A stretch of DNA of 64,000 bases from the NCBI GenBank assembly GCA_963713955.1, contig OY970216.1, forward strand, positions 8,075-72,074. The letters are read 5' to 3'. A program made the position numbers and the translations under genes. The notes beneath the pieces are model-generated. The model was not told the DNA's origin. It searched no databases and was given only the letters and a program-made list of their open reading frames with translations. The DNA comes from an uncultured bacterium (lineage in GTDB: Bacteria > Patescibacteriota > Minisyncoccia > UBA6257 > GWB1-50-10). Below are positions 19,947 to 29,817 of this stretch, one piece after another; position 1 is the stretch's first letter; the number at the start of each line of letters is the position of its first letter.

Positions 19947-21230
19947 CTATTGCGTGGTTGCCGGGCGCTCTTCGAGCTTCACCGGGATATCCAATGTCTT
20001 GCTCCCCCTCTGAACCTTAAGCGTCACCGTGTCGCCGACGCTGTGTTCGTTCACGAGCGACACGAGCGTGTTCGTCGCGTCGACCGGAGTGCCGTTGACT
20101 TCCAATATGATGTCCTCAGCCGCAAGGCCGGCTTTGTCGGCAGGCGATCCGGGGATCACGGCCGGCCCGGTGTCATCCCCCCGAAGGAGCGCACCGTGGT
20201 TAACCGAAAGATTCTGGGTCTTCGCTATGTCGGCGGTGACGGTAAGGTACCGGACCCCGAGGTACGGCGTCTGTATGGCGCCGCTCTTTTGGACCGACTC
20301 GATGTCCCGCTTCGCCTGATTGATGGGAATTGCGAAGCCGATATTCTGCGCGCCGGAGACGATCGCCGTATTGATGCCGATGACGTCGCCGTTCAAATCG
20401 AGAAGCGGCCCCCCGGAATTCCCCGGATTGATGGCCGCGTCCGTTTGCATGACCCCTTGGATCGTTTCGGAACCGTACGTCGCGCCGGAAGCGGTTATCG
20501 TCCGTGACAAACCCGATACCACCCCCACCGAAACCGTGTTCCGGAACTCACCGAGCGCGTTCCCGATTGCGATGGATGTCTGTCCAAGCTGTACCCCGTC
20601 GGAATCACCCAAGGTGACCGTCGGCAAGCCCGCGGCGTCGATTTTTATCAAAGCCAAGTCTTGAATCGGATCCCTCGCCAGAACGGTAGCCGTGTATTTC
20701 TTGCCATCGTTCAAGAAGACCGTGTAATCGGCCGTTGTATCGGAAACGACGTGCTTATTGGTGATGATCAAACCGTCCGAAGAAACAATGAAGCCGGAAC
20801 CGCCGCCGACGTCCTGCTTCTGAGTCCCCTTTTGGCACGGTACGTACGTTTGGAAATTATTACCGCCAAAATTCTGGCCGAAGAACTGCTGGAACTCGGG
20901 CGGCAAATCAGAGAACGGATTGAACGACTGGGGGCATTGCTCAATGATCGGAACGTCCTTCGAAATGACGATTGAAACTACGGCCGGCGAATTTTTCTTG
21001 ACCGTGTTGATCACCGCTTGCTCATAGCTGTAGGCGGATTGGTAGAGCGTCGTTGTCGCAGCGTTCCCGCTCGTCGCGGAAGACGTCGAAGTCGACTTAT
21101 TCCCGCTCAAGAAATCCCAGATATTGCTCAGAATGTCGGCTCGCGCGGTGCTGGCGCTTATGAGAGAACCGAAAACGCCCCCGACCAGGGCCGCCGCAAC
21201 AACCAAAGAAACTATCTTCTTGCTAGACAT
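19947..21230 (-). CDS. htrA: HtrA/DegP-family serine protease with PDZ domain
   Basis: GSGFIV, TNKHVV, DLALIK, QTDAAINPGNSGGPL and a C-terminal PDZ; start set at 21230. Confidence 0.92.
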   Translation of the reverse strand: MSSKKIVSLVVAAALVGGVFGSLISASTARADILSNIWDFLSGNKSTSTSSATSGNAATTTLYQSAYSYEQAVINTVKKNSPAVVSIVISKDVPIIEQCPQSFNPFSDLPPEFQQFFGQNFGGNNFQTYVPCQKGTQKQDVGGGSGFIVSSDGLIITNKHVVSDTTADYTVFLNDGKKYTATVLARDPIQDLALIKIDAAGLPTVTLGDSDGVQLGQTSIAIGNALGEFRNTVSVGVVSGLSRTITASGATYGSETIQGVMQTDAAINPGNSGGPLLDLNGDVIGINTAIVSGAQNIGFAIPINQAKRDIESVQKSGAIQTPYLGVRYLTVTADIAKTQNLSVNHGALLRGDDTGPAVIPGSPADKAGLAAEDIILEVNGTPVDATNTLVSLVNEHSVGDTVTLKVQRGSKTLDIPVKLEERPATTQ

Positions 21231-21294
21231 ACTATTATTGTTTAAATTCTGGAGCTCACTTCGTGGCGAACAAAATTTAACCACAATAATGAGC

Positions 21295-21398
21295 ACCCCG
21301 CACCTTTTGTATACTATTTATTACGAATTAATTTCCAAGAAGTTACATTTTCCCTCCTCCAGAAGCCGTAAATCCTGTCCGCAGAAAAGGTGCGGGGT
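21295..21398. repeat. Miniature inverted-repeat element
   Basis: Perfect 14-bp inverted repeat ACCCCGCACCTTTT (21295-21308) / AAAAGGTGCGGGGT (21385-21398). Confidence 0.65.
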
Positions 21399-21463
21399 AA
21401 GGTTTGATGAACGAAATTCCTGCTCCCTCGGCAAGCTCAGGATTGAAATTTCGTATCAAGCCC

Positions 21464-22258
21464 TTACTTTATTTCGTACCTCAATGTTACAGAAACGTCC
21501 ACCTCTTCGGAACCGGCTTCTATGGTCGGCGCCAGAACGGCACCGGTCCCCGCCGAAGACAGGGTTTTCATTTCATTCATAGCGTACACCGGACCCGGGA
21601 AATTCTGATTCTCATCTATGGACAAGAGGCGACCCACCGAGAAACCGGCTTCCTTGGCAATTTGTTCGGCCTGCGCCTCGGCCTTCTGTATCGCCTGGCT
21701 CCTCGCTTCGGCTTGAACCGCTGTCGGATCGTCTATCGTGAAACTCAAAGACGAGACAGTATTCGCACCATTCTTGACCACGCCTGAAAGTATATCGCCG
21801 ATTTTCGAGAAATCCCTTGCTTTAACGTCGACGTTCTGCGTCACCGTGTAGCCGACTATGGTCGGCGGCGGACATACGCTGCTTGAAACCGTGCCGGAAT
21901 AAACTCCGCAGTTAGAATACTGGTATCTGGGCGAAATATTATAACCGCTCGTTTGGATATCCTTGGAATCGACGCCTTCTCCTTTCACGAAATCGATCGC
22001 TTTGTTCATGCCGTCGGTATTCTGGCTCTGGAGAGAAGCCAGATCTTTTCCGCCCTCCGTCACGATGCTGAAGGTGAACTCCGCGACATCGGGAACTCCG
22101 ATCGCCTTACCGTCAGACGTCACGCTGAAACTTCTGTATGACGACGGCTCAATAGAGTTCGAATAAGCTCCTACGAAAGATATGGCCGCATACGCCACGA
22201 CTAAAACTCCCACTATGATTGCTACATACAAGTAGCCCCTTATTTTTTCTGTGTTCAT
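21464..22258 (-). CDS. SIMPL-domain (DUF541) protein
   Basis: N-terminal TM; GKAIGVPDVAEF, DIQTSGYNISP, GAN and VSVTLRYEI. Confidence 0.88.
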   Translation of the reverse strand: MNTEKIRGYLYVAIIVGVLVVAYAAISFVGAYSNSIEPSSYRSFSVTSDGKAIGVPDVAEFTFSIVTEGGKDLASLQSQNTDGMNKAIDFVKGEGVDSKDIQTSGYNISPRYQYSNCGVYSGTVSSSVCPPPTIVGYTVTQNVDVKARDFSKIGDILSGVVKNGANTVSSLSFTIDDPTAVQAEARSQAIQKAEAQAEQIAKEAGFSVGRLLSIDENQNFPGPVYAMNEMKTLSSAGTGAVLAPTIEAGSEEVDVSVTLRYEIK

Positions 22259-22317
22259 GCTTTTATGGTAACAAGTAACCAGCAACCAGTAAACAGAATT
22301 TATCCCCCGATTACCAG

Positions 22318-23664
22318 CTACGTTATTTTCCTAATTCTTCGAATGGCTTCATCGATTTCTTTCTTCGTGGTCGTGATACCGAAACTGAACCTAACGCTGC
22401 CTCTTACTCTCTCTTCCGAAAACCCAAGAGCATGCAAAACATGAGAGGGAGTAAAAGCTCTGGCCGAACAAGCCGAACCGGCGGAAGCCGCGACGCCCGC
22501 CATATCGAGCTTGACCAAGAGATCTCCGGTATACTCATCGGGAAAATAAACGTTGAGGATATGAGGAGTATTGGAATCGCTATTCTCTTCCACTTTCTTA
22601 TTTATCTTTTTCAAACCGCTCCAAAAATATTTTTTCAAACTTTCAACGTATTTCCTATTCTTGTTTCTCGATTTGGAAGCCAACTCGACCGCCTTGCCGA
22701 AGCCGATGATCAAGGGTGTGTTTTCCGTTCCTGAGCGGAGACCGAACTCCTGGCCACCGCCAGTCACAATAGGGTCTAGGGGATAGGGTCTAGGGGATAG
22801 GGAATTTCCGCGAACATACAAAGCGCCGATGCCCTTGGGGCCGTAGATTTTCTGGCCGGACAAAGTCATGAGATCGACGCCGAGTCCGCCAGCTGGCGGA
22901 TTGACATCGCAGTCGAGATACATGAAAGCCTGGGCGGCATCGGTGTGAAACAAAGGGTACGGGGAATAGCCTGCCTGCGCAGGCGTGGGTTTAGGGTGCA
23001 GGGAGTTCCTGAAATTGCGAATTATCTTCGCGATTTCAGATATGGGCTCAACAGTGCCAATTTCGTTATTGACATACATTATAGAAACTAAGATCGTGCG
23101 CTCATCAAGTTCTTTTTCGAGTTTTTTTAAATCAACGATTCCCCTCTTGTCGACCGGCAGAGCGACAACCTCAACACCTTCCCTTTCCAATTCATACGCT
23201 GTGTCGAGAACCGATTCGTGCTCAATTGCCGAAACGATCACCTTAGGTTTCAAAAAATTATCCGGGTTGGGCGGCGCGATTTGTTTTGAGCGGAATGTCT
23301 CGAAGGCGCGGTCGGCTCGGTCTCCGAAGGAGCGAACGAGCCGAGAGTCAAGGCCGCTTTTTTCCGCTGGAGAAAAAAGACGGCCGGTTCCGCGAGAAAT
23401 AAGTCGCGCCGCTCCAACTACCCCGCGGAGCGCGAGGTTGTTAGCTTCCGTTGCCGAACCCGTGAAGATCACTTCGCGAAAATCGGCACTGATCACTCTC
23501 GCAATTTTCTCGCGTGACTCGTCGATGGCCGCCATTGCTTCCTGCCCGAACGAATGGAGTGATCCGGGGTTGCCGAACTTCCGCGAGAAATAGGGAAGCA
23601 TTTCTTTCAAAACCTCCTTTCTCACCGGAGTTGAAGCGGCGTAATCAAGATAGATCCGGCTCAT
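22318..23664 (-). CDS. iscS: Cysteine desulfurase (IscS/NifS type) with several in-frame insertions
   Basis: IYLDYAASTP, FTGSATEANN, HTDAAQA, SGQKIYGPKG, RSGTEN and GSACS. Confidence 0.92.
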   Translation of the reverse strand: MSRIYLDYAASTPVRKEVLKEMLPYFSRKFGNPGSLHSFGQEAMAAIDESREKIARVISADFREVIFTGSATEANNLALRGVVGAARLISRGTGRLFSPAEKSGLDSRLVRSFGDRADRAFETFRSKQIAPPNPDNFLKPKVIVSAIEHESVLDTAYELEREGVEVVALPVDKRGIVDLKKLEKELDERTILVSIMYVNNEIGTVEPISEIAKIIRNFRNSLHPKPTPAQAGYSPYPLFHTDAAQAFMYLDCDVNPPAGGLGVDLMTLSGQKIYGPKGIGALYVRGNSLSPRPYPLDPIVTGGGQEFGLRSGTENTPLIIGFGKAVELASKSRNKNRKYVESLKKYFWSGLKKINKKVEENSDSNTPHILNVYFPDEYTGDLLVKLDMAGVAASAGSACSARAFTPSHVLHALGFSEERVRGSVRFSFGITTTKKEIDEAIRRIRKIT

Positions 23665-23669
23665 ATCAG

Positions 23670-24140
23670 TTACTTGTCGCCTGTTCCGCCTTCAGGCAAT
23701 TCCTTCACGCCGATTTTGCGAGTCAAAAACAGAATCAAAGCCAGACCGATCGCGCTCACGAAAGCGAACTCGATTAAACCGACGCCGCAGAGGACACCCA
23801 AGGCGGCTACCACCCAAACGGTCGCTGCGGTCGTCAAGCCCCGCACCTTTTGGCCCTGATGGAGGATAATCCCCGCCCCCAGAAAGCCGACGCCAATGAC
23901 GACATTCGCCACGACGGTCAGAAAGCCGCTATTCCGCGCCACGACATCCGCGAGGTTCCCCACCGCGACGATGTACGGGAGCGTAACGCCAACCATCGTG
24001 AAAATGGCCGCTCCGGAAGCAACCATCAAATTGGTCCTGACGCCCGCCTCCTTGCCGATGAGTTCGCGCTCGAGGCCGATGATCGCCCCGACGACGACCG
24101 CGGCGAGCAAACGGAGAAGCATTTCTTGAATAGTAAGCAT
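23670..24140 (-). CDS. MgtC/SapB-family membrane protein
   Basis: IGLERE...AGVRT, GVGFLGAG and GLTTAATVW. Confidence 0.92.
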   Translation of the reverse strand: MLTIQEMLLRLLAAVVVGAIIGLERELIGKEAGVRTNLMVASGAAIFTMVGVTLPYIVAVGNLADVVARNSGFLTVVANVVIGVGFLGAGIILHQGQKVRGLTTAATVWVVAALGVLCGVGLIEFAFVSAIGLALILFLTRKIGVKELPEGGTGDK

Positions 24141-24149
24141 GAATCTTAT

Positions 24150-24566
24150 TTACTCCCTTTTCTTCCTCAGGAAAGGTTCCGCGACTCTATCCGCGAACAA
24201 GTTAACCATCGGCTCCATCTTTTCTGCTGTTTCCATATCACGGTCGTTCGCTATGATCTCGAGTAATACTCTCTTTATATTTCTACTACCCGACATATCC
24301 CGATCATCTGGCACCTTAAATTCCAAATCGTTGAAGAACCTTTTTAGGGATTTCTCCATGACTTGTAGCATCCATCTTACCTCCTTCGGACTCCATCCGA
24401 GCTTCTCTTCGAAAAACTGCGCTGGAGTCTTTCCTTCCTCCGGAGCCGAGAGAAAAGCGTTGAATCTTTCCTGTATCAGCCGCGCGTCCAATTTGTCCGC
24501 ATCGTGCAATATTTTCTCTGGACTTACTGGCGGCCAACCACCTTCTTCTTTGCTCATCATAGCCAT
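24150..24566 (-). CDS. Hypothetical protein
   Basis: Charged ORF in operon orientation; start set at ATG 24566. Confidence 0.6.
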   Translation of the reverse strand: MAMMSKEEGGWPPVSPEKILHDADKLDARLIQERFNAFLSAPEEGKTPAQFFEEKLGWSPKEVRWMLQVMEKSLKRFFNDLEFKVPDDRDMSGSRNIKRVLLEIIANDRDMETAEKMEPMVNLFADRVAEPFLRKKRE

Positions 24567-24591
24567 AGATAAATTATAACCCAAAATGGGA

Positions 24592-25167
24592 TCAATGATA
24601 ATCCGGGTTTTCCTCTTTGGCGCCCGCCGCGAAGTTGGCATACCGCGCGAGGGCGAAAAGCAGGCTCGAAAGGCGGTTCAAGTACTGGAGCGTTTCCGGG
24701 GAAAGCGGCCTTTTCTCGCTGAACTTCACGATCGACCGCTCAACTCTCCTCACAAGAGATCTCCCGTAATCCAACCGCGCGCCAACCTCGCTGCCACCCG
24801 GCATGATGAAATTTCTCAAGGGCGGCAGCTTCGCGTCCGCCCATTCGATAATTCTCTCGAGCCCCGCCGTCTTTTCGGCGGTAATCTTCTTGAATTTTTT
24901 TATTGAATACTCGAACCCCGCAGCGGCTACTTCAGCCTGAATGATGAAGATGTCTCTCTCAACCGATTTTAGAATTTCGTCCAAACTGAATCTCCCCAAC
25001 CTAAAATTATCTTTCTTTTCGAGCGACGCGCGGCAAACGCCGAGCCAGGAGTTGAACTCATCCAAGTTTCCCAAAACCTCGAAGAGGAGGTCACCTTTGG
25101 ATAAACGCTTGTTGCCGTGGAGGCTTTTTCCCCCGTCCCCGCGGCCGGTGTAAAAATTCGTTTTCAT
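24592..25167 (-). CDS. PduO-type cob(I)alamin adenosyltransferase
   Basis: YTGRGDGG, GNLDEFNS, FIMPGG, RRVER and YLNRLSSLLFALAR. Confidence 0.9.
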   Translation of the reverse strand: MKTNFYTGRGDGGKSLHGNKRLSKGDLLFEVLGNLDEFNSWLGVCRASLEKKDNFRLGRFSLDEILKSVERDIFIIQAEVAAAGFEYSIKKFKKITAEKTAGLERIIEWADAKLPPLRNFIMPGGSEVGARLDYGRSLVRRVERSIVKFSEKRPLSPETLQYLNRLSSLLFALARYANFAAGAKEENPDYH

Positions 25168-25233
25168 GGCCTTACTCTAATTATACAACGGGCAGGAAAA
25201 CTTGCGACAAAAACAGCGGAACCGGCCAAATCG

Positions 25234-26244
25234 CTAGATGATATGATGCTGATTTGAAGGAAACGTTACCGCTTCTTTAATGTCATCAGTTCCCAAGATC
25301 CAGCGGAGAATCCGAGACATACCAAAGCCGCATCCGACATGAGGTACCATTTTATTCCTGGAGCACTCGATGTACCATCCGAAATCATCCATACTGCCCC
25401 CCATACTCAAGAGGCGCTTATACATTTTGGAGTTCGAGAGTCGGTATACCAGCGTATCGGGGTTGTCGATTCTTGCAGCAGACCCTACTGCTTCACCGGC
25501 AATCGGAAGAATGAGATCCGCCGATTGCACCAATCCGGGATTTTGAGGATCAGGCAGCATATTGAAGAACTTTTCAACCTCGATTTCCTTCCCGTGATCC
25601 CACAGCGGATCAGGATAGTGGGTGATAAAAACGGGATGATCGTCGAACTGAGCCACCAATTCCGCTTCCTTCTTGGAGTTGATGTCGTCTCCCCAAGTTA
25701 AGTGCAATCGCGCCATCGCTTCGTTGTAGGTTACCTTGGGAAAAACCGGCTGCGTTTTCGCAAGACGGGTGATGTGCGCTTCGCTCAACCCCAACTTTTT
25801 TTGTTCTTTTGCCGGGAGCGCGATCAAATCCCGGACAATCGAAGAGATGAATTTCTCGATGTGGCCGAGAAGCTCTTGAAAATTCCCCGTGAATTCTATC
25901 TCCATCATTTGGAATTCGATAAGGTGGCGGTTGTCGTTGCCTGGCTCGGCGCGGAAACTCGGACCCACGCAATACACCTTATTCAAATAAGGAACGAAGG
26001 CTTCCAAGTACAATTGGCCGGTTTGCGCGAGATAGGCTTGATGTTTCTCAGGATAGCCGAACCACTTAAAATCCTTGCTGGAAGAAACTTCAAAGAGCGT
26101 ATTCACGTTTTCGCAGGCTCCCGAAGCCCTGACGATACGGGGCGGGAAAATTTCGGTGAACCCTTCTTTTTCAAGGTGCGCTCGCCCCGATTTGAATACC
26201 TGAGCTTCCAAGAGCGCAGTGGATATTTTATTTTTTATATTCAT
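25234..26244 (-). CDS. AsnRS-like catalytic-domain-only protein (probable AsnRS-derived asparagine synthetase)
   Basis: Class IIb motifs YLAQTGQLYLE, PSFRAE..RHLIEF, EAVGSAAR and PHVGCGFGMSR; no N-terminal OB anticodon domain (336 aa). Confidence 0.75.
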   Translation of the reverse strand: MNIKNKISTALLEAQVFKSGRAHLEKEGFTEIFPPRIVRASGACENVNTLFEVSSSKDFKWFGYPEKHQAYLAQTGQLYLEAFVPYLNKVYCVGPSFRAEPGNDNRHLIEFQMMEIEFTGNFQELLGHIEKFISSIVRDLIALPAKEQKKLGLSEAHITRLAKTQPVFPKVTYNEAMARLHLTWGDDINSKKEAELVAQFDDHPVFITHYPDPLWDHGKEIEVEKFFNMLPDPQNPGLVQSADLILPIAGEAVGSAARIDNPDTLVYRLSNSKMYKRLLSMGGSMDDFGWYIECSRNKMVPHVGCGFGMSRILRWILGTDDIKEAVTFPSNQHHII

Positions 26245-26352
26245 ATTGTTGTCCTATATATTTTGCTTTGCGACGAGAAATCCTGGGGATTGATTTGGTC
26301 TCCACCGATACGAGGCGGTGCTTTGTCCTTGTTTTTCCATGCCCGAGGCGGC

Positions 26353-26375
26353 AAAAAAAATCCCCCGAAGGGGGA
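26353..26375 (-). terminator. Terminator-like hairpin in the 5' leader of the AsnRS-like gene
   Basis: Minus strand reads TCCCCC-TTC-GGGGGA-TTTTTTTT, about 110 nt upstream of the ATG. Confidence 0.7.
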
Positions 26376-26517
26376 GTTCAAAATCGAAAGGTCAAAGAAT
26401 GAGGTTTTCTGGTCACGGAGATAACGGGTCTTTTTTCTCACGGGCGCCATTAAGGTAATAATGGCAAGGTATGGGAGATTAGTCAACTGTGCATAACGAG
26501 GCCTGAAAATGAGGCAT

Positions 26518-26739
26518 TTAATTGATTCTGTACACTTCGATCGTCTCGCCCATTCCTTCGATATCGAGGTAGTATTTCAATCCGTCCCGGTACACCTTCA
26601 CCGCTGGACGATAGGCGTGATGATACTGGTATTTATATTTCGCCTGCTGGTATTTCTCCCCGCTCGTCAGGGTAAAAATCGCATGCTCGGCAAAGCCGTC
26701 AAACTCCCCCTCGATGTGAGATTCTTTTATCAGTTCCAT
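26518..26739 (-). CDS. Small hypothetical protein
   Basis: 73-aa beta-rich ORF with TATAAT-like sequence just upstream. Confidence 0.7.
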   Translation of the reverse strand: MELIKESHIEGEFDGFAEHAIFTLTSGEKYQQAKYKYQYHHAYRPAVKVYRDGLKYYLDIEGMGETIEVYRIN

Positions 26740-26883
26740 ACATATATTATATCAGGAAGGGATGTTTTTCGCTCCGCACGCTGGAGGCAGTGAAGGAAGT
26801 CAGAACCTGTTTGATAGGTATTCCAAGTCGTTGAGTTTTGGGGCCGCTTGACGGCCGGTTTATCTTCAGATAAACTTCATAGT

Positions 26884-27108
26884 ATGAAAAACAATACTAT
26901 CGTCGGTCTGAAAGAACTGCGGGAAAATATAGAGTCTTATATCTCCAAAGTAAAGGAGGGGGGCTCTTTTATTGTGGTGCGGAAATCCAAACCGGTATTC
27001 AAAATTTCCCCCCCCGAAGAGGACGTGAGTTTCTGGGAACCGGTTGTCGACTTTACGAAGATTAAAAAAGGAGGGGTGGCCATCGCCGATTTACTGTCTC
27101 GATTGTAG
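26884..27108 (+). CDS. Phd/YefM-family antitoxin
   Basis: IVGLKELRENIESYISKVKEGGSFIVVRKSKPVF. Confidence 0.8.
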   Translation: MKNNTIVGLKELRENIESYISKVKEGGSFIVVRKSKPVFKISPPEEDVSFWEPVVDFTKIKKGGVAIADLLSRL

Positions 27109-27124
27109 CGGACAAGAAAAACAC

Positions 27125-27364
27125 ATGGACTCCATCCGGAAAGCGCTCAAAAAACTCGATGCGAGAGAGCAGGAGCGCGTGAAGGGCATACTCACCAAAT
27201 TGTCGTCTGGTGATCTGCAAGGATTGGATATTAAAAAACTCAAGGGGAGGAACGATATCTTTCGGGTGAGAAAGGGAGACCTTCGCATCGTCTACCGACA
27301 GGAGAATAAGAGCGTCTTCATTTTGCTTATCGAGCGACGGAATGAAAAGACCTACGATTTGTAG
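27125..27364 (+). CDS. RelE/ParE-family toxin
   Basis: KALKKL, DIKKLKG..DIFRVRKGDLRIVY and ERR.EKTY; follows the antitoxin. Confidence 0.88.
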   Translation: MDSIRKALKKLDAREQERVKGILTKLSSGDLQGLDIKKLKGRNDIFRVRKGDLRIVYRQENKSVFILLIERRNEKTYDL

Positions 27365-27437
27365 GATTCGGTTTTGCCCCTTACCAATACTATGAACTCA
27401 AGAATCTATCATAGAATGGGGCCGTCAAAATCAAAAA

Positions 27438-28067
27438 TCACCAATTTTTGGCAGTTATGTGAAATTCACGAACGATTTTTAATTTTGCGCCCTGTTCATC
27501 TTTGCCCGAAATTATCGTTGTTATTGTATTTACCAGAAAACTCTTGCTCCACGATATCGCCCGAGAAACCTCCGTGGCGTCCTTCTCGTCTGCCAAAGCA
27601 AGAACAGTAAGGTGGGGTCTATAAAGGTTCATAACATATGGGTATCCCCACTCATCTATATTTTTCTGCTCCTCTTTAGTCAAATTCTGCGTCGAAATTT
27701 TGTAGGAATCCTTAATGTTTCCCTCTCTTAGTGGATTCAGTTTCTCTATGAGCTTTTTGTGAAAGCGCTCTGCCTCACCGCCATCCTCTAGTCCCAGAGA
27801 AACGTACCTACCTTTGATTTTGATCCCAATCGGGACAAAAGATACTGCCTCCGAAGTGCTTGCGAGCGACTTTATGACTTGTAATACTTCTTTTTCGTTC
27901 TTCTTGGGAAATTCTGCCTGATAAATGGTTATATGTGGCGTGTAAGTTGGGAATTCGCTCCCCAAAAAAGTTTTGTATTTTTCCGACAATTGCCTATTCA
28001 AATCCATCAACTCTTTTTTGATGGGGGTTGGCAGACTAAAGACGATGGTAATAAGTTCACTGTTCAT
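27438..28067 (-). CDS. 2H-phosphoesterase (2'-5' RNA ligase-like)
   Basis: Two HxT motifs, PHITI and PHLTV, plus WGYPYV. Confidence 0.8.
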   Translation of the reverse strand: MNSELITIVFSLPTPIKKELMDLNRQLSEKYKTFLGSEFPTYTPHITIYQAEFPKKNEKEVLQVIKSLASTSEAVSFVPIGIKIKGRYVSLGLEDGGEAERFHKKLIEKLNPLREGNIKDSYKISTQNLTKEEQKNIDEWGYPYVMNLYRPHLTVLALADEKDATEVSRAISWSKSFLVNTITTIISGKDEQGAKLKIVREFHITAKNW

Positions 28068-28433
28068 GTGAAAATCATACCAAGTTAGAACTAAAAAGTC
28101 CCTAGCTAATAAAGGCTTCTAAGCGAGTTTTTATTTGGGTCTTGGATACGGAGATATTATAACGATCCTCATGGATGGGAGATAATGGGAGGTATATGAA
28201 TGAGATGAGAAATCAGCTGATTCTCATGTCCAAGCTGATAAGTGATAAGGGGGTTGAAACTTAAGGACTTACTGTGCTCCGCGCACTGGATGATGTGGGG
28301 AACTGTTTTCGAGAGGAGGGAGGGAAGTTATGTGCCGGATCCGAATCAGGCAAACGTCCCCTTGAGGTTACGCATAATAAAACAAGGCAAGGTCTGGACC
28401 TTGCCTGGAAACAGATGGTTGGATATTTTCAGA

Positions 28434-28964
28434 CTATCCAAGGAATAATATAAGTGGGCCGAAAATTTCAATCAATACCCCCACAATAAACCCGATGGTA
28501 GAGAAGACTATGACGAAAACCCAACCGATGACCCAGATAATAATTTCGATCAGGAATGGAAATTTAGCCGTGACGGTCGCAGTGCTACTGGCAGCAAGCT
28601 CCCTCCACCCGGCCGCAGGGGTAAGATTCCCATTGATGCAGTCTGCTGGATAAAGTACCGCTTTAATCTGGTAATTACCCTCAGCTGGCGGCTCCCATTT
28701 GTAACTGCCGCTTGATGGTAAGGCATAAGTGTGCACCGAGTACTGAGCCTTTGTAAAATATAAAATAACACAATATTCCCTGTTCGAAAGATTATAAGAC
28801 TCCCAAGTTATTGTGTAGGATGAATTAACAGAAGTCGTGTCTCCATCGTGATCAGGTGTTATTGTTAGCGTTATGGAAGGCTCATACCCATAGTCTTGGG
28901 CGCAAACCCTGCCTACCACTGTCAGTAACACGGTGGCTACAAGAACAACAAATAATCGCTTCAT
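28434..28964 (-). CDS. Secreted or membrane-anchored protein with a beta-sandwich-like domain
   Basis: SD (GGAGG), signal peptide, YTITW..SGSYKW and a C-terminal hydrophobic anchor. Confidence 0.75.
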   Translation of the reverse strand: MKRLFVVLVATVLLTVVGRVCAQDYGYEPSITLTITPDHDGDTTSVNSSYTITWESYNLSNREYCVILYFTKAQYSVHTYALPSSGSYKWEPPAEGNYQIKAVLYPADCINGNLTPAAGWRELAASSTATVTAKFPFLIEIIIWVIGWVFVIVFSTIGFIVGVLIEIFGPLILFLG

Positions 28965-29171
28965 AACACACCTCCTGTTTTTTGAAGCTTCTGATTATAT
29001 TAAACAACGAAATTTGATGTCTTGCAAGTCGCTAGATTTAAACATCCTACTGGGATTATAAAAAATCCCACATGCTATGTGGGTTATTTTATAGTGCTCC
29101 GCGCGATGGAGGAGGTTAGAAAACCGTTTTCAAAGTACTTCCACCGAATGTTATAATCATCAAAGAAAATT

Positions 29172-29447
29172 ATGGGAGATTTGAATATGGAACAAGAACC
29201 AAAAGGGAAAATCCTTTCCCTGAAGGAATATCTGGAGCTAGAGAGACAAGAAATGCTCAGTCCAGAGAACAAATGGTTTGCTGGGGAAAAACTCGGTCAT
29301 TCTCCAACCGATCAAGAAGCGGAACAATACTACGTTGAAAATGGCGGTCCTGAGGGCTTCGCTAAAAGGCATATCCTCAAGGCAAGAATGGAGAAGGAGA
29401 AAGAAGATAGGGAAAGAGAGAGCAGAAACGGAAACAATAAGCCCTAA
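29172..29447 (+). CDS. Hypothetical protein
   Basis: 91-aa ORF; TATAAT at about 29153. Confidence 0.7.
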   Translation: MGDLNMEQEPKGKILSLKEYLELERQEMLSPENKWFAGEKLGHSPTDQEAEQYYVENGGPEGFAKRHILKARMEKEKEDRERESRNGNNKP

Positions 29448-29556
29448 AAAATTTCAGGGCTTATTTAGTTCCCGCGCGATGGAGGGTATTGGGAACTATA
29501 TCGGCAATTAAGTACCCGTGATGATCATTTATTTGTACCTTAACATATGTTAATAT

Positions 29557-29817
29557 ATGAATATGTCAAAAGAGTTTTATTCCACAACTGAGACAGCTCA
29601 AATCTTAAGAATCAGCCGCATCTCAGTCTTTAACAGAATAAAGTCTGGCAAGATCAAGGCTGAAAAGATTGGTAGAAATTACATTATAAGCCACAAAGCT
29701 CTTTTAGAAGCGCTAGGTAAAACAATTGGTCAAGAGAATAAAAAAGATATAGAACGCACCATAGATAAAGCCTTACACGATTATAAGACAACGTTCAAAT
29801 TACTTGGACGAGAATGA
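29557..29817 (+). CDS. Excisionase-type helix-turn-helix protein, probable antitoxin
   Basis: YSTTETAQILRISRISVFNRIKSGKIKAEKIGRNYII; C-tail DYKTTFKLLGRE; overlaps the doc start. Confidence 0.8.
   Translation: MNMSKEFYSTTETAQILRISRISVFNRIKSGKIKAEKIGRNYIISHKALLEALGKTIGQENKKDIERTIDKALHDYKTTFKLLGRE

Noticed and set aside
29035-29054. Weak similarity (CCTACTGGG) to the tRNA-His 3' flank at 30295-30303
   Set aside because: Only 9 identical bases in AT-rich context. It could be an att relic but is too short to call.
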